A stretch of 63,852 nt of DNA, the filler included, from Syncephalis fuscata S228 (lineage: Eukaryota; Fungi; Zoopagomycota), in the NCBI GenBank assembly GCA_025786725.1. It is 7 parts of 7 records of this genome, joined end to end, with 100 filler letters (N's around TTAATTAATTAA, not from the genome) between each part and the next. Parts side by side here need not be neighbours in the genome. Positions count along the whole stretch, not along the records: positions 20,142 to 40,903 come from JAHLTZ010000160.1; positions 41,004 to 50,649 come from JAHLTZ010000307.1; positions 50,750 to 55,999 come from JAHLTZ010000337.1; 4 more parts are not named here. One strand, 5' to 3'. Positions 37,659 to 51,420 of the stretch are shown piece after piece (the stretch's first letter is position 1; each line of letters opens with the position of its first letter). Below the pieces are notes generated by a model. It was not told the origin of the DNA. It saw only the letters and a program-made list of their open reading frames with translations, and ran no database searches. The translations under genes and the position numbers were made by a program.

Positions 37659-40600
37659 ATGTCTGACGAGGAAGAAGCACCAAGCAGTCGGCTACCATGG
37701 GGCCTGACTAAAGAGGGCGTAAAGCCGGGCACGATAAAGGTTTGCCGATTCGATTTATAGCGTTCTACTTAACAACTACTTATCGATTCATCAATGCGAT
37801 GCGTGGATGCACGCCTGTGCAGCAAATAGCGGCTAAGAAGATGCAGACGTTTAAGATCGGTGTACAGAAGAAGACACCCTTCCAGAAACGAAAAGAGGAA
37901 GAGGAATTGAAGCGTAGAGTAAGCAGGAATGCGCCTGTAACACTATTATATGTACTGAGTCCAGTTAACAAATAGAAAGCGGAAGAAGAGGCAGCCGAGG
38001 TATATAAAGAATTTGTAGCCTCATTCGAAGATGATGAGCCAGGAATGAAAGCATTTGTCAGGGCAGGCACTATGGGCTCAAGCGGTCAGTAACTAGCACT
38101 GTATCAGTTAATTGTGTAGTCATTGATTGCTATACTGTTATGGTTATTGTCTATTAATTAGATAAGTCGAGCGATACTAAAGCAGAATCACGTTCAGCTT
38201 ATCGTCCACAACCATTTGTTAAAGCGGGTCAGAAATCCACATCTACTATTTCTACACCACAACAATTGAATAATACGGTAACAAAGTCTAACAGACCAAC
38301 AACAACGACTACAATTCGTAAACCGTTAAATCCACTAATGCTACTAGCTGTACACCAAAAGCCCCAAAACGCCCAGTAATAACTACTCCTGGACAGCGCC
38401 ACAATCCTTTTGCAGAGGACGATGATAGTAGTGACGATGAAAGTGCCAAAGTATGCTATTATAGCCGTTAAAGTATTTGATACTTACATTATTACAGCTA
38501 AAAGCCAATGAAGCCAATGAGAAAAAGCGTAATCTAGACATCTTTATGCAAAATCTGAAACGGTAAGCACATATCAATCTAGTAGTCAGTAGATTTTATA
38601 ATTTAGTAAATTAAGTGATCACGAGACACACGAGAAACGATTGCAACAAAAACGACAAGCTATTGGCGATTATGGTACGTTGTTATGAACTAAAAATTTG
38701 TATAATAATATGGCAATGATATGATAAAGATGGAGCACGTCCATCATTTACAGTACAAGCAGGTGGGCTATTGGCAACACTTTAAATCACTACTAGCACA
38801 CACTTATCATCTATTAGCGTTTGAAGATAAGCAAGGCTCACACGATCTAGGCGATCCAACGACAACGAATATATTCGTATCTAATATTCCAAACGGTGTA
38901 AGTAATTGCACGTAGCTGTATACTATAATTAATTATTGAGTCGTTAATTAGGCGGATGAACTATTGCTATGTAAGCATTTTGGACGATATGGACCTATTG
39001 GCAGTGTAAAGATTATGTGGCCTCGACCATATGACGAACGAAGCGGTAAAGGTTCAAGTAGATTGAGTGGCTTTGTAGCATTTATGTATCGAGAACATGC
39101 CGCACAAGCATTAAAGAATCTGGATGGCTCAATACTTCTTAATAATCAATTAAGATGTGTCTGGGGCAAGGCAGTGCCTTTACCATCAAAGCCATTCTAT
39201 GGTAAGTGAATTATTGGCAATAATAAATAAAGTGGTATATTTACTATAGTTATATCAATCATATTAGTACCATCGGCATCAAGTGGTGCAAACTCAACTA
39301 GTCGTTCATTTTCCAGTCGATTATCAGGTAAAATAATACACTTATAAATACAATATATAATACATATATATATATTATTCATATATAGACGATAGCATGT
39401 CAAGTTCACGTCATAAAGTAAGTTATAAGTATATATACATCTTATTTATTCCTTAAATGTAGGAATTACAGGAAATAGTAGTGGAACAGCCAACAAATCG
39501 TGAAGTACTTTATATTATTCATCGTACTGTAGAAAGAATAACTCGATATGGTCCACAGTTTGAGGTAAGTAATACACCAAGTATTAGATCTATTAATGTT
39601 TATTATATAGGCAACTATTATAGATCGAGAACAAGATAATCCAAAATTTAGATTTTTATATGATCATCGAGTAAGTAAAATAGCTGGTGGAATACAAGTA
39701 ATGCTTATTAAATAATAAATATCTAGTCACCAGATCACACCTATTATCGGTGGCGGTTATTCACTACGTTAAACGGCGATAATACAAGTCAATGGCGTGA
39801 AGAGTTACTGGAAATGTTTGATGATGACATTATATGGATTCCTCCTGAAATACATTCACACTTTGAAGTAAGTCTATCTAATTAAATAGAATTATATGCA
39901 ATGACTATAGCTATCATACAATAGGATGATGACGATGACGATGACGACGATGGTAGTGATACTGAACACCGACATAGAACGGCTTATAACTCAGATGTTG
40001 AATATGAAAGGGAAAGAGAAGAACTGCCAAAAGGACAGTTGGGACCAATAGCCAAACGCCGTTTAAATAAAATGATTCGTATATATTCTGAAGGAGATAT
40101 GGCAATTTAGAAATACGAGAACGTATTGGAGAATTTGCCCTTGATCACACAGATGATACAAAGAGTGTAAGTAGATATGAAATATATTTATATCTAGTAA
40201 CTAACTCATAAATATATTTTATATACTAGGTGGTTGATATTGTTATTCAGTCTTTATTACTAAAAGATATACCATATCCTGTCAAAGTTATTCGATTTGA
40301 ATTAATCAGTGAGTTACTGGTTAGAAGTGGTCAACCAGCACCGGGTGCATGGAAGATACGATCAAGGTAAATTACACCATAAATATAGTATATCGTATTA
40401 ATTAACACTATAACAATGATAGTTTTGAAGCACGATTGCCCGAATTATTTACTCATTTGGGTCAAGTATCTAGTAGTATTGGATCACGTTTAAAGGCTGA
40501 AAACTATAAAGTAATTGAAATTAATTTAATAATATTAATATATATATTTATACTATAATATAAACAGCGGCAAATATTTGATCATTTCCGGTTATGGGAG

Positions 40601-41032
40601 GGCCAGTCACTATTTACGCATGAGCAATTAAATAGACTAGCTGATTGTTTTGACGGTATTGACCGTACAGCAGATAGTACACCTATTGTGGAGGTACAAA
40701 CCGAACCAGTTCAACCGGTTAAACGGGCTGGTTTCCGTCCTATTGGTAGTGTGGTATCCGATACGTCTGCCAATGAGCCAGCACCAACACCAAAATTAAT
40801 AGAGAGTACAGAGGACAGTATAGATGGTGAACCATTAATGGATACAACGATTAATGACACTAATGAAGATGATTTAAATGGTGAACCAATGGAATTAAAT
40901 GACNNNNNNNNNNNNNNNNNNNNNNNNNNNNNNNNNNNNNNNNNNNNTTAATTAATTAANNNNNNNNNNNNNNNNNNNNNNNNNNNNNNNNNNNNNNNNN
41001 NNNTGATAGATAGTGCTATGATGCAAATATAA
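37659..41032 (+). CDS. U2SURP: U2 snRNP-associated SURP motif protein (SR140): RRM + SURP + CID; many exons; 3' end crosses a gap
   Basis: GSHDLGDPTTTNIFVSN, FGRYGPIGSVKIMWPR, GFVAFM, WGKAV, IIHRTVERITRYGPQFE, DNPKFRFLY, HTYYRWRLF and acidic DGEPM repeats. Confidence 0.9.
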
Positions 41033-41052
41033 ATGACATTTGTGATTAATAG

Positions 41053-41097
<45 letters not shown>

Positions 41098-41215
41098 TGT
41101 TAATTAACATAATAGTCTAATGCACCTTATTATAATTTGAATAGTAAACAAATCATCACATTGTTTATTGTGTGTATTTATTATTTCCATCAAAAAGGAT
41201 GGTAGCTATTTGTAT

Positions 41216-42006
41216 TTACAAAACACGGCCAGGAGGACGGTTTTTAATTTCATCTCGTTCGGCTTTAATCTACGTTGGTAATTTAAAAAATGTGTTTTTT
41301 TTTTGTTAGCTATCCTGGTCTGTGTCTGTCTGCGTGTGTGTGTTGTCCACCCTCGTCACTGCATTATTGAACTATTTGTGCAGCTTTTTCTCAGAATTTA
41401 GTTCTCTTACATTGGCCTCGGCCTCAGTAGCCATTGATTCACTCCAATGACCAGTTGATTTCTCCAAAACAGCTGGACCTTCATCCATTATTTCATCCAT
41501 AAATAGCTTATCGATGGATTCAACTTGCATAGTCGAAAATGATTTTGATGGTGCTTGATCAGCCTTGATCTAATAAATAATAGCCGTCGCTTATTAGCTA
41601 CAATGTAAGCGATAATATCACCATAATGGCTTACCTCAGCCTCTGACTCTGAGGCCAATGTCTCGCTCCAACCAGGTGCCATATGGTGATAAGTATCAAC
41701 TTTTTTTTCTAATTAAGTGACCGTTGATTATTGCTATTAGTTGTAGTTAAGTAGTTATAGTACTAATGGTCGGCTTACCGTTTCGTTGAAGCTTTAATTC
41801 GCGTTCAATAATTTCAGGATCGTTATCGCTCATATGACTAAATGTCGTTGTTGGTTGTTGGTTGGCTCTTGTTAATAGTTAACAGTGTTATGTAGTACTT
41901 GCCTGCCAAGAGGACCATACCGTATGGTTGAAGGTAGTATCAATGTACGCCGTTGCACCATTCTTAACGCGGTGCGCATACCAGAAGCACGTAGTAGAGA
42001 AGTCAT
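41216..42006 (-). CDS. Small probably mitochondrial protein with two WSExxA[ST]ExEAx(I/V)KA[DE] motifs; multi-exon
   Basis: Arg-rich presequence MTSLLRASGMRTALRMVQRRTL; APGWSETLASESEAE-IKADQ and GHWSESMATEAEAN-IKAER across GT-AG introns. Confidence 0.65.
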
Positions 42007-42253
42007 TGCTGATTATGAATATTGACAAAAGAATGATGATTAATCTACGGTTTTCTATGTATCTCAATATTTATTAAAATTGAGAATTTATATGAAACAT
42101 GTTTTTACTAATTGATTTACTGATATCGTATGAAACCGACTGTTTTAGTTGTGACATCATTGTTTTAGCGCTCATAATATGGCGAATAAGATCTAGAGAT
42201 GATTTCATATATACTCAATTACTCAAATTGTATGAATTATTACGTAAATATTG

Positions 42254-43417
42254 ATTAAATAAAACTACATCTTTCTATCGCAACTATCAAAATGACAATT
42301 AACACATTTAACATAAATACAGCCATACTATCTACTTTAGCAATAATATTAATGATTCAGTTATGCTATTATTATTTCACAATATTAAACAGTCTATTAT
42401 CATTTATTATTTGCTTTGATGGTTAAATGACTAATATTTAATAACATTCAATCTATTAAACATGATGTTGGATGATGAGTGACATCAATCATCAAATACT
42501 CATCAGCATAGATTTATTATCCAGTATGCATATACTCAGTACGCATATATACTCTATTCACCTATATCATTTTTATTTCACTTCACACTACTATATACCG
42601 TTATATGATATACTAGACACATTCTAATTATTATATGCGGCAATAAACTTTACTCTCTCCGCTCATCACACTATATGCACTGTAACTTTAACACCACTTT
42701 TATGATTTCTTACGTATATTTATTACTTCATATGTCATTCTATACTCGCCTATTCTTCCTTTATCCAATGCTACTTTTATTTTTGTTCTAGCTTTATTAT
42801 TTATAAAGTTCGACTAATGTCGGCCATTGATCATGCATATATGCTTAGTAACTATACCACTGCTGTCCATACTTTTTAATTTGTATATTATTTTATTATC
42901 CAGTAAATACGCGCTAGCTATTACCGTTGTGTGTTTGGTTCTAGCACCATTATCAGTAAAAATCGATTTATTGCACCTAGTTTGCTCACTGAGCTATATT
43001 GGTATAACAAATAATATGAAGTTATGTTTTATTAAGATTATTTATAAATAAATTAGATCATGCCAATTAGTTATGATTTAATGATAATCAAGCAAAGTAA
43101 CGAATATATATATAGTAATAACACATACTGTGATGATATATGCATACTGGATAATAAATCTATGCTGATGAGTATTTGATGATTGATGTCACTCATCATC
43201 CAACATCATGTTTAATAGATTGGATGTTATTAAATATTAGTCATTTAACCATCAAAGCAAATAATAAATGATAATAGACTGTTTAATATTGTGAAATAAT
43301 AATAGCATAACTGAATCATTAATATTATTGCTAAAGTAGATAGTATGGCTGTATTTATGTTAAATGTGTTAATTGTCATTTTGATAGTTGCGATAGAAAG
43401 ATGTAGTTTTATTTAAT
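42254..43417. repeat. Long near-perfect inverted repeat, ~281-bp arms and ~600-bp spacer, overlapping repeat family A
   Basis: 42254-42534 is the reverse complement of 43137-43417 with about one mismatch. Confidence 0.92.
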
Positions 43418-46400
43418 AAAAAAGAAATGTATATTAATATTAATACAAACCAAATTATCAAAAGCCATATTATACTCATATTCTTGCTGCATATAAGCAT
43501 TCCTTGAATCCATACCTATTGACAACAAAATGAGTAAATTGTACGTGCAAATCAATTGTGCAATAATGCTTGATAAAGTAATTGCATTAAATTAAGTAAT
43601 TTAGGACAGTCATTATCTATAATTGCAAACTACAGAGGCGTTTCGACGCATAAACACCGCACCTCAATCGCTCATTATGCACGTTGAAAGACGATAGAAT
43701 TCTCAAACGCTCATACTCGATTTAGGATACAATGAAATCTTAGCGCACTAGCAACAACGCCTTTAGACTAATAGAAATACAATTACTCAAGCAAACTGTG
43801 CTAATACTACCCTCATGCTGCATAATTATAAAGGCTAATGTTTAAGTTATTTATAAACAATCTTATGCGCTTTTATGCATCATCAAGCTAGTAGCAGCTG
43901 TTTAAACAACACACATCCATAGCATACACACCCACGATATGTGCCTAATAATGGACATATATCATAATTATTTTATAATAAATATCATTGCCACTATAGC
44001 TCTATACTACAACTTCATATGTTGTTAAAATATCTGCTTGTCCCGTTTTCGGCAAATAAACCTACATGGCCTGCAAATAAACTGCTACGGCATTGCATAG
44101 CATAAAATGCTTTATCCAACCTTGACTGCAAATCTTTGTTGATGTGCCATAGGCCATAGGTGACACATTGCTCAAGGATGGTCAATGAATCATTCAATTT
44201 TATTCTCATGATTGTATTTCATAGCATCATTACTCTTGTACTACTTTAATTCTCACCGTTGCCTCTGCCACCTAGACTATCAATAAACAATAGAAGAAAA
44301 ATAAGAATAGCAAAGCAAAGCGGTGGTAGTACCAAATGACATAGGCTTGAATAAACGCCGATCTTTGACTGACCCCTGCTTTGCTTAACATGAGTACATT
44401 AACATTGATGTCTAGCAATACACGTGGTCGTACCACAGGCATAAATTCCCACCACAGACGATGCGTAGTATTTTTTAGTATTGTTGTTATTGTTGTAGCG
44501 TAACAATCACTGTATTCGTTTCGGTATCATTATACAACGAAAAGAAAGATAGCAATAGCCATCATATTAGTCATAGTCATGGATGTTATCATTAGTTGTG
44601 CCGCACCGAAGATCCATTCCAGCGAAGGAAGGAGATGGCCATAGCTTTGCCATCATACTCTACTGTTCTTATCATTATCACCATGCTTTCTATCTGTCTA
44701 TCTTTTCACTTGCTATCATCATTAGCATAGATGAAACAACACCTATACGCAATGACGAGCTAACTTGAACTATGATGGCGGCCATTGAATTGCCGCAACA
44801 TGCAAAGTCAACTAGTCCGACACTGCTCATATCTTTATGATCATTGGCTACATGTTTATTTCTATTAAACTATGCTTTTTATTACTATTATTACTACTAA
44901 CACTATGACACTATTATTCCATCGATAATAGTGATAATATTTACTTTAATATAAATAAACTGCATACTCCTGTATCCATTTCCTTGGATTTATTACTTAA
45001 TTTTAAATATTCACATAATGATGTCATTTTATTATATTAAATAAAATACCTTGCCTTAAAGACCGTAAAGCCGAAAATAATGTTCCGTTACCAATACTAT
45101 TAATATTCGCATACCGGGTTTCCGCACGGGAATAATTGTCCATGTTTTACTTTGTGCATCCTGTTTAACATAGCCCCTTACTTTCTCTCTCTCTTTTTCT
45201 TCCTCTCTCACACACCCCTGCAAACGGCACTGTCGGTACGCGTGCGCGCAGGTATGCAGCAAATGGTCTGCCAACGTTACCCCGCGTACTATTCGCTACA
45301 TTAGCTGCATGTTGACAATCTATTTCTTCCCAGCCTTTTACTGGCTTTAATAATGGTAAAGATAGATAAAAGATAGATAGCCTAATCCACCTATTCATCG
45401 TTACGGTGTTTCACCATCGGGAAAGAAATTATACATAGCTATCTTCTCTAATTCTTTTTGTCTCTATGACGTGATGCTGTTTAAGGTATAATCACTGCGT
45501 CGGCCAATTAGTCGGCCATGAAATCCACGAATAAAGTTAACGAATATTACCATTGCCGAACGCATCTTTAGCTTGTGTTCTGTAGCGAAGATTCCATGCA
45601 ATGGCCTTTTGCTTAATTCAGTAAAAAACGATTGGGTGACTGCACACACCGACACACGCACACACAAATTCGCTGTCTCGTATGGCTCGGGTTATCGATA
45701 GTCCTCCAGTATAGACTATCCTCTAATGACGACGAGTAAAAATGAGTATTTCTATATTCATGCAAAGTGAAACGCGTGGCCGCCTTTCATTTTTGGCTCT
45801 ATTCTTTTATATAGAGTAGGTGGGCTTAAATGAATGACGAATTTCTGCCTACTTTCCTTAATAGGTAAAAATAGCGATATAACCGGTTAGGTAGCCGACC
45901 ATCTATCCATTTTACACTATTCGGCGTATACTATTTTTGAATAGTAACGGCATCTTTACCATACGCTGCCATTCATGATTAAACTGTTTTGAACCGTGTC
46001 AACGCACACCGTCTTTTGGTCAGTAAGCCGCAGCTGCGGCTCCTATGATGCTCATTCACACCGCATACCTCCTTTTCCCTAACCAATAGCGCGTCCTTTC
46101 TCTACACGCTGCTTTTACTTATGCTGACTTCTCCCATCCATGCTGGCCTTGGTTTAATCCTAGGTATCTTTTGGGCGTGCGCAAAGCTTATAAGAAGCTA
46201 ATCCTCGGGATGCATCCATAGTCTTGCCAACACTTGTTTCTCTTTCATTCAATCCACCTATTGATACAGTTTATTGGATTATTATTAGCCTTCATTATTG
46301 TCGTGGTGACTGCTACTCACTCTTTCTTTTCACTCTTATCCTTATTGCGACAACCACTTGCCATATTGGTTTTACATTTTTGCCTTTGTTGAGTGTGCAT

Positions 46401-48362
46401 CACATTTGCTTGCCTTGTTGTCGCTATCTTTTTTGCTGTCGCCTCTTGTGTTACATTGATTACAATTTTATTGGTACAGGTGTATCTGCAGGCCGATTTC
46501 CTACCACACAACTTACAATTTTGCTTCTACTTTTTGCACGCGTGCGCGTTTCTTGCCTATTCTTCATTCTTTCTTATCTTGTTGCTATTTTTAACTCTTC
46601 TGCAAGTAAATCAACGGCATCAGCAAAGTCATTGTTGCTCCAAAATCAAGCGCTATCATCAAGACATTAGCCACGTCATACACGGTACAAGTGTCTCCAC
46701 GCGCTTGCTATTTCTCATACGCATTCTCGTGTGCTTAATTGCTTCTCACCTGCTGCTTCGCCACCCTTGATTCACTAGAAAACCGGTCATAACGGCCCCA
46801 TTTTCTTGTTTTACACTACACGACGTGTGTCTGGCCATATTATCGCTTATTGCCACTTAAGCGTGTTGTAGCACTGAAGGAGTCATTAACCAAAATCTTG
46901 GCCATTGGTGAATAAGTACATTAACGTGTGTGTAACACGGTGCCGTGCCATAAGACAAGTTTTCGAGTCGAAGACGCAGCGGACACAGACAGATACAGAC
47001 ACATACAGAAAGCCGTCCCTTTCATTAATAGACAGATAAACAAGACGTTTATTTAAAAGCACAATTGGTGGTAGCATAACATCAATTTTACTTTACAAGT
47101 TTATTACTATTGCTGCTACAAGTACTATTACTAATAGTACCACCACCACCACTACTAGTACTACTCTATACATTTCAAGTCAGGTGGTCATTAACACCGC
47201 TTGCACGGCGTTGACTTTTTGTATTACCAAGACCAAGGTAAGTAGCCATATCCACTCTTCCTCGCACACACAGACATCAGTGCTACTGTTTTTTCGTTTA
47301 TACTCCGACTTGCACGCACTATTTGCTCTGTATCCCCAACGCACCGACCACTTTGGCCTTTGGAAACACGGGAGCAGAACAGTGCTTGGGTGGCATCCAA
47401 TTATGGATGTTGGCCTTCTAAAGTCGCTTTTATCACCACGACTACTGTTACTGCTGTGTACACATACGCATGTCCTTCTATATTTGTTGTTTGTCGTCCT
47501 CTTTTCACCGTTGTGTACTTCTTTTTTGCACCACGCGTCCAATATGGAACCTTTCGTTTCAAAGGCTCTTTTGGACGGTGTCATACATGGCCCTTAACAC
47601 GCAAGGGAAAGTGCACTATTATTCGCCCGAGTCCGAGTACGCACCATGCTGTCCATTCCTTTTTGCTCTAGCCATTCTATGAAATCTATTTTCCGATTCG
47701 TCAGTTCGTCGCCATGCTTCCTTGCTTGCCTTTTACAGTTCAGGGTTTATCCTCTCTTTTCTCCATCCAGTGATGGCGTGTCTTGTGCATGGGTTCACTT
47801 TACTTTAGCCTGCCTTCCTTCCTTCCTTCCAAGGTCGTTGTGGTGGCCGTGCTCTGATTTTATCTCCGGCCAGAGCATGCTGCGTACCCATGATTCAGAA
47901 TGGCCAACTATTTTCGACCATCCAAGAATGGCATGTGTGCAGCTACCCGTCTTCCATTTCTATATATATGTATATACGTGTAGCGAGCGGACATTAACTT
48001 AAACACTCCTTCTACTTTGGTTGCCACGCGCGCGCGCGATTGTGTATTCATTTATTCTACGTTCTCACTCACACACAACTGTACGCATTGCTTGGTTCAA
48101 TTGCGATTGATGCTTTTCCCATTAAGCTCGTTTGATATTGTTTTACTTTAAGCAATAGATTATCTACAATCTAACGCCTTTACCTTATTCCAACGCCTAT
48201 TCTCCCTTGCTACTGTTTCATTACACGTTAAATCGGTCAACCTACTAACTCACTATTATACGATCGGTTACTACTATTGTTTTTAGTCTTTATTTTATTT
48301 GCTTGGCAGTTGTATTAGGATTACTACAACTGTCTTTATCGCCATAGCAGCTATTGTTCAAT

Positions 48363-50129
48363 ATGTCTGCCAACCATATGACACCGCCTTCTAAGCTAGA
48401 AGTGACACCCTCATCCGACTGGCAAGGTGTTAAGCTTGAATGGCCTGCTCTACCGTCCGCTGAATTAATCAACGGCTGTGCTGCTTGGTCGACAGCCACA
48501 ACTGATCTCGGCCTTCATGGCTTCCCTGCTGATATGACCTCTATGGCAATGGCCCCAACGCCAGATGCATCGGAGTTAAACTGGTCCCCCGCACCAGTAA
48601 CACCGTCGGCCGAGCAAGTCCTTGACTTTAAGTGGAATAATGTTGATTTTAATGGCCAAGATGCAGCATTAGGCATTTGGCTGCTTAACTTTATCGGCGA
48701 CCAGACGGCATCCATTGATAGCATTAATGAGATTTATCATAAGCTTCAAATCCTAGCCATCCGTCTTTAATGGCAGCCACACCACCCGTGTCATTCGCTT
48801 CACGGTGCGGCCGAGTCAATGCTACTTGGATGCGCGACAACATCCACGTCACCAATGATGACGCCTACCATAGCGTCATCACCATCCATCGCCACTGAGC
48901 AGCGTATGCCAGATAGTGAGCCTTTGGTCAGTGTTATGCAAAGGCTAAGTGTGCAGCCGGAATCAGCCGGTGCCATAACACCATCTTCGCCTTCGCTGTC
49001 ATCAGCTTCGCCCTCTACGCATTTAGCGCTTGAAATGGCGCGTGCCGCAGTGATGGCTCAATTCCAATCAACCTCAGCCGCCAGCTCGGCACCACTTGAA
49101 GCACCAACGCCATTGCACTCAGTTATCGATTCACCAATGGCCAATACCAATATGATGCAGCGCAGCAGCAGCGGCAGCAGCAGCCACAACAGCCATTCTA
49201 CCCATTAGCATTGTTCCTGCTGATGGTAGTCATCTACCAATTGCTCGACCTGGTTCACCATCTTGCCATAGGTCGTATTGGCTGCTACCATGGCCGTTCC
49301 CTCCTCCATGGCATCTGCTTCGATGGCTATGTCGCTCCAATCGGTAAACGCACCTGTTGCCGTGGCTTTGAATCATCCAAATGGTGTTGAAATGCCGGGT
49401 CTACGTCTGCAGCCTGTGCCAATTCACCCAGCTACTGCTGCAGCCGCATATCATCCAATGACCATCAACTCATCACTGGCTCCTCATGGACATGCACTAC
49501 AATCAGGAACGTCGCCTTTTGGCGTGTCACCACTCACCATTGATATGGCAAGTTTATCCGGATCCTTTCATGCAACGCCGTTGCCTTACACGACAACAGC
49601 AACGGCAACAGCAACGACTGCTAACGCCAATACTGGTACGACGACACTGGTTTCGTCTATTGCAACGAATGGTACACGTCGCGATGCCAATCATCGACCA
49701 TTCGTTTGCCAAGAGTGCCAAAAACGTTTTGCACGTCCATCAGCTCTTCGACTTCATATGCGTACGCATAGCGGTGAACGCCCGCACGCTTGCACACACG
49801 CTGGCTGTGGTCGACGCTTTTCAGTGCAAAGTAATTTGACGCGTCATCTTCGCCTTCATGCACGCCGTGGTGGCTTCTCCCCACGTGAAACGCGTCGATC
49901 TGGCTCCCAAGGTGCAGCAACACCTACTATTCGGGAAAGTATCATTCCCAGTCGCCATTGCCATACATTAATACCAAGCCGCATGGCATCACAGCCCTTG
50001 GAAATTATTGCCACAACAAATGATACAAATGGCAACAACAACAACAATAGCCATCATGTTAATACAGCAGCTGCTACAAGCTATGTTGAAGGATTAGCGG
50101 CTATTTTCAACCAGAATCCATTTGTTTAA
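48363..50129 (+). CDS. C2H2 zinc-finger transcription factor, FlbC-like; frame breaks at ~48740-48790 and ~49200-49270
   Basis: CQECQKRFARPSALRLHMRTHSGERPHACTHAGCGRRFSVQSNLTRHLRLH matches the FlbC-type finger pair; upstream Ser/Pro/Ala-rich ORFs are contiguous in different frames. Confidence 0.8.
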
Positions 50130-50749
50130 TCGATGGATTAATACGTACAACATACCGGTTATTATCCATTTGTTTAGGATGTGCTGTGGATCATCAATCT
50201 ATCACAGTGCATCCATTTCCTCTTTGTATTACTGTTTTCACTTTTTTGCATCTTATAAACTTTGGAATGAGTTTGTATATTTTGGCACTTAAATTCTTAC
50301 TGTGTTTACGATAAATATCGTATTACATATCTTCTTGATCATTATTTCATTCATATTTCTTCTTTTTGATTACAATGTGTTTTATTTCGATAGCACTTGT
50401 ACATCAATACATACATACATAAATACATAACTACTCATAGATAGACTGCACTATAATTGCCGCTGTTAAATCTACTCTCGCTCTCTCTCTCTCCCTTCTT
50501 TCCTTCCTTCTTTCATTTTCGACTTCTCTTCTTTTTCGTTGGTTTTCCATCGTCAGATTAAATTAAGCAGCCGCCTATATTAACAACGTTCCTGCGAATT
50601 ATCTTATCCTGTCGATGTGTCGCCGCTGTTAGTAAGAAAAAAAGCAGTTNNNNNNNNNNNNNNNNNNNNNNNNNNNNNNNNNNNNNNNNNNNNTTAATTA
50701 ATTAANNNNNNNNNNNNNNNNNNNNNNNNNNNNNNNNNNNNNNNNNNNN

Positions 50750-51420
50750 AACCGTTGATGTACATAGTCAAACAAATTGGACTCGTAAGAAATACCTTTT
50801 ATACATATATGTTTAGCATATTGTTTATGCTAATAAATAAATCTACCTTCTAAAATGTTCATTGTCTCAAAATGCACATTAGGCGGTATAATCGCTTTTG
50901 GTTGTATTGCCGATATATCAATGCCAAAAACCTGACACTCAGGAAACTCTGATGCCATTTCCTAGATTGCCAATTGGTCACAGCGGATATTGATGAAATA
51001 TCGATCTATTAGCAATAAAACCACTATTTTCTTATTTATTTACCATGACCCATATACCAGTACCGGTACCAATGTCAATCATCTTTTGCGGATGATTGAG
51101 TTTACAGACATGATTACCATTAAGAGAGTATCTTATCATAAAATGCTGCAAATCAAGGCTAAACGTCAGAATGATAAACAGTTTGTCAAAAACATATATT
51201 TCTTACTATACATATCTAGTACCTACCGATCCACTTCGTTTAAATCATTGGGTAAAGGGTAAGGCACATCTTTTTCGCCGTGAAAGCGCCGTCCTTTCTC
51301 GTATACAAAGCAGTCGGATTTGGACCGTTGTCGACCGGATCCGCTGCCTTGTGAATTTTTTCCATTGGTGCTAGAACTCCTTTGGCTCCCGCGTCTGGGA
51401 AGACTTATATTAATGCCCAT
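50750..51420 (-). CDS. LaeA-like SAM-dependent methyltransferase, 3' part lost in gap
   Basis: GRRFH...YPLPNDLNEVDR-LDLQH...MIDIGTGTGIWVM-EMASEFPECQVFGIDIS...PPNVHF...FDYVHQR after splicing. Confidence 0.9.

Noticed and set aside
46224-48002. Several overlapping hydrophobic ORFs of 70-148 aa
   Set aside because: Mostly alternative starts, pyrimidine-rich on the + strand and without motifs; better explained as leader/intron of the downstream transcription factor.
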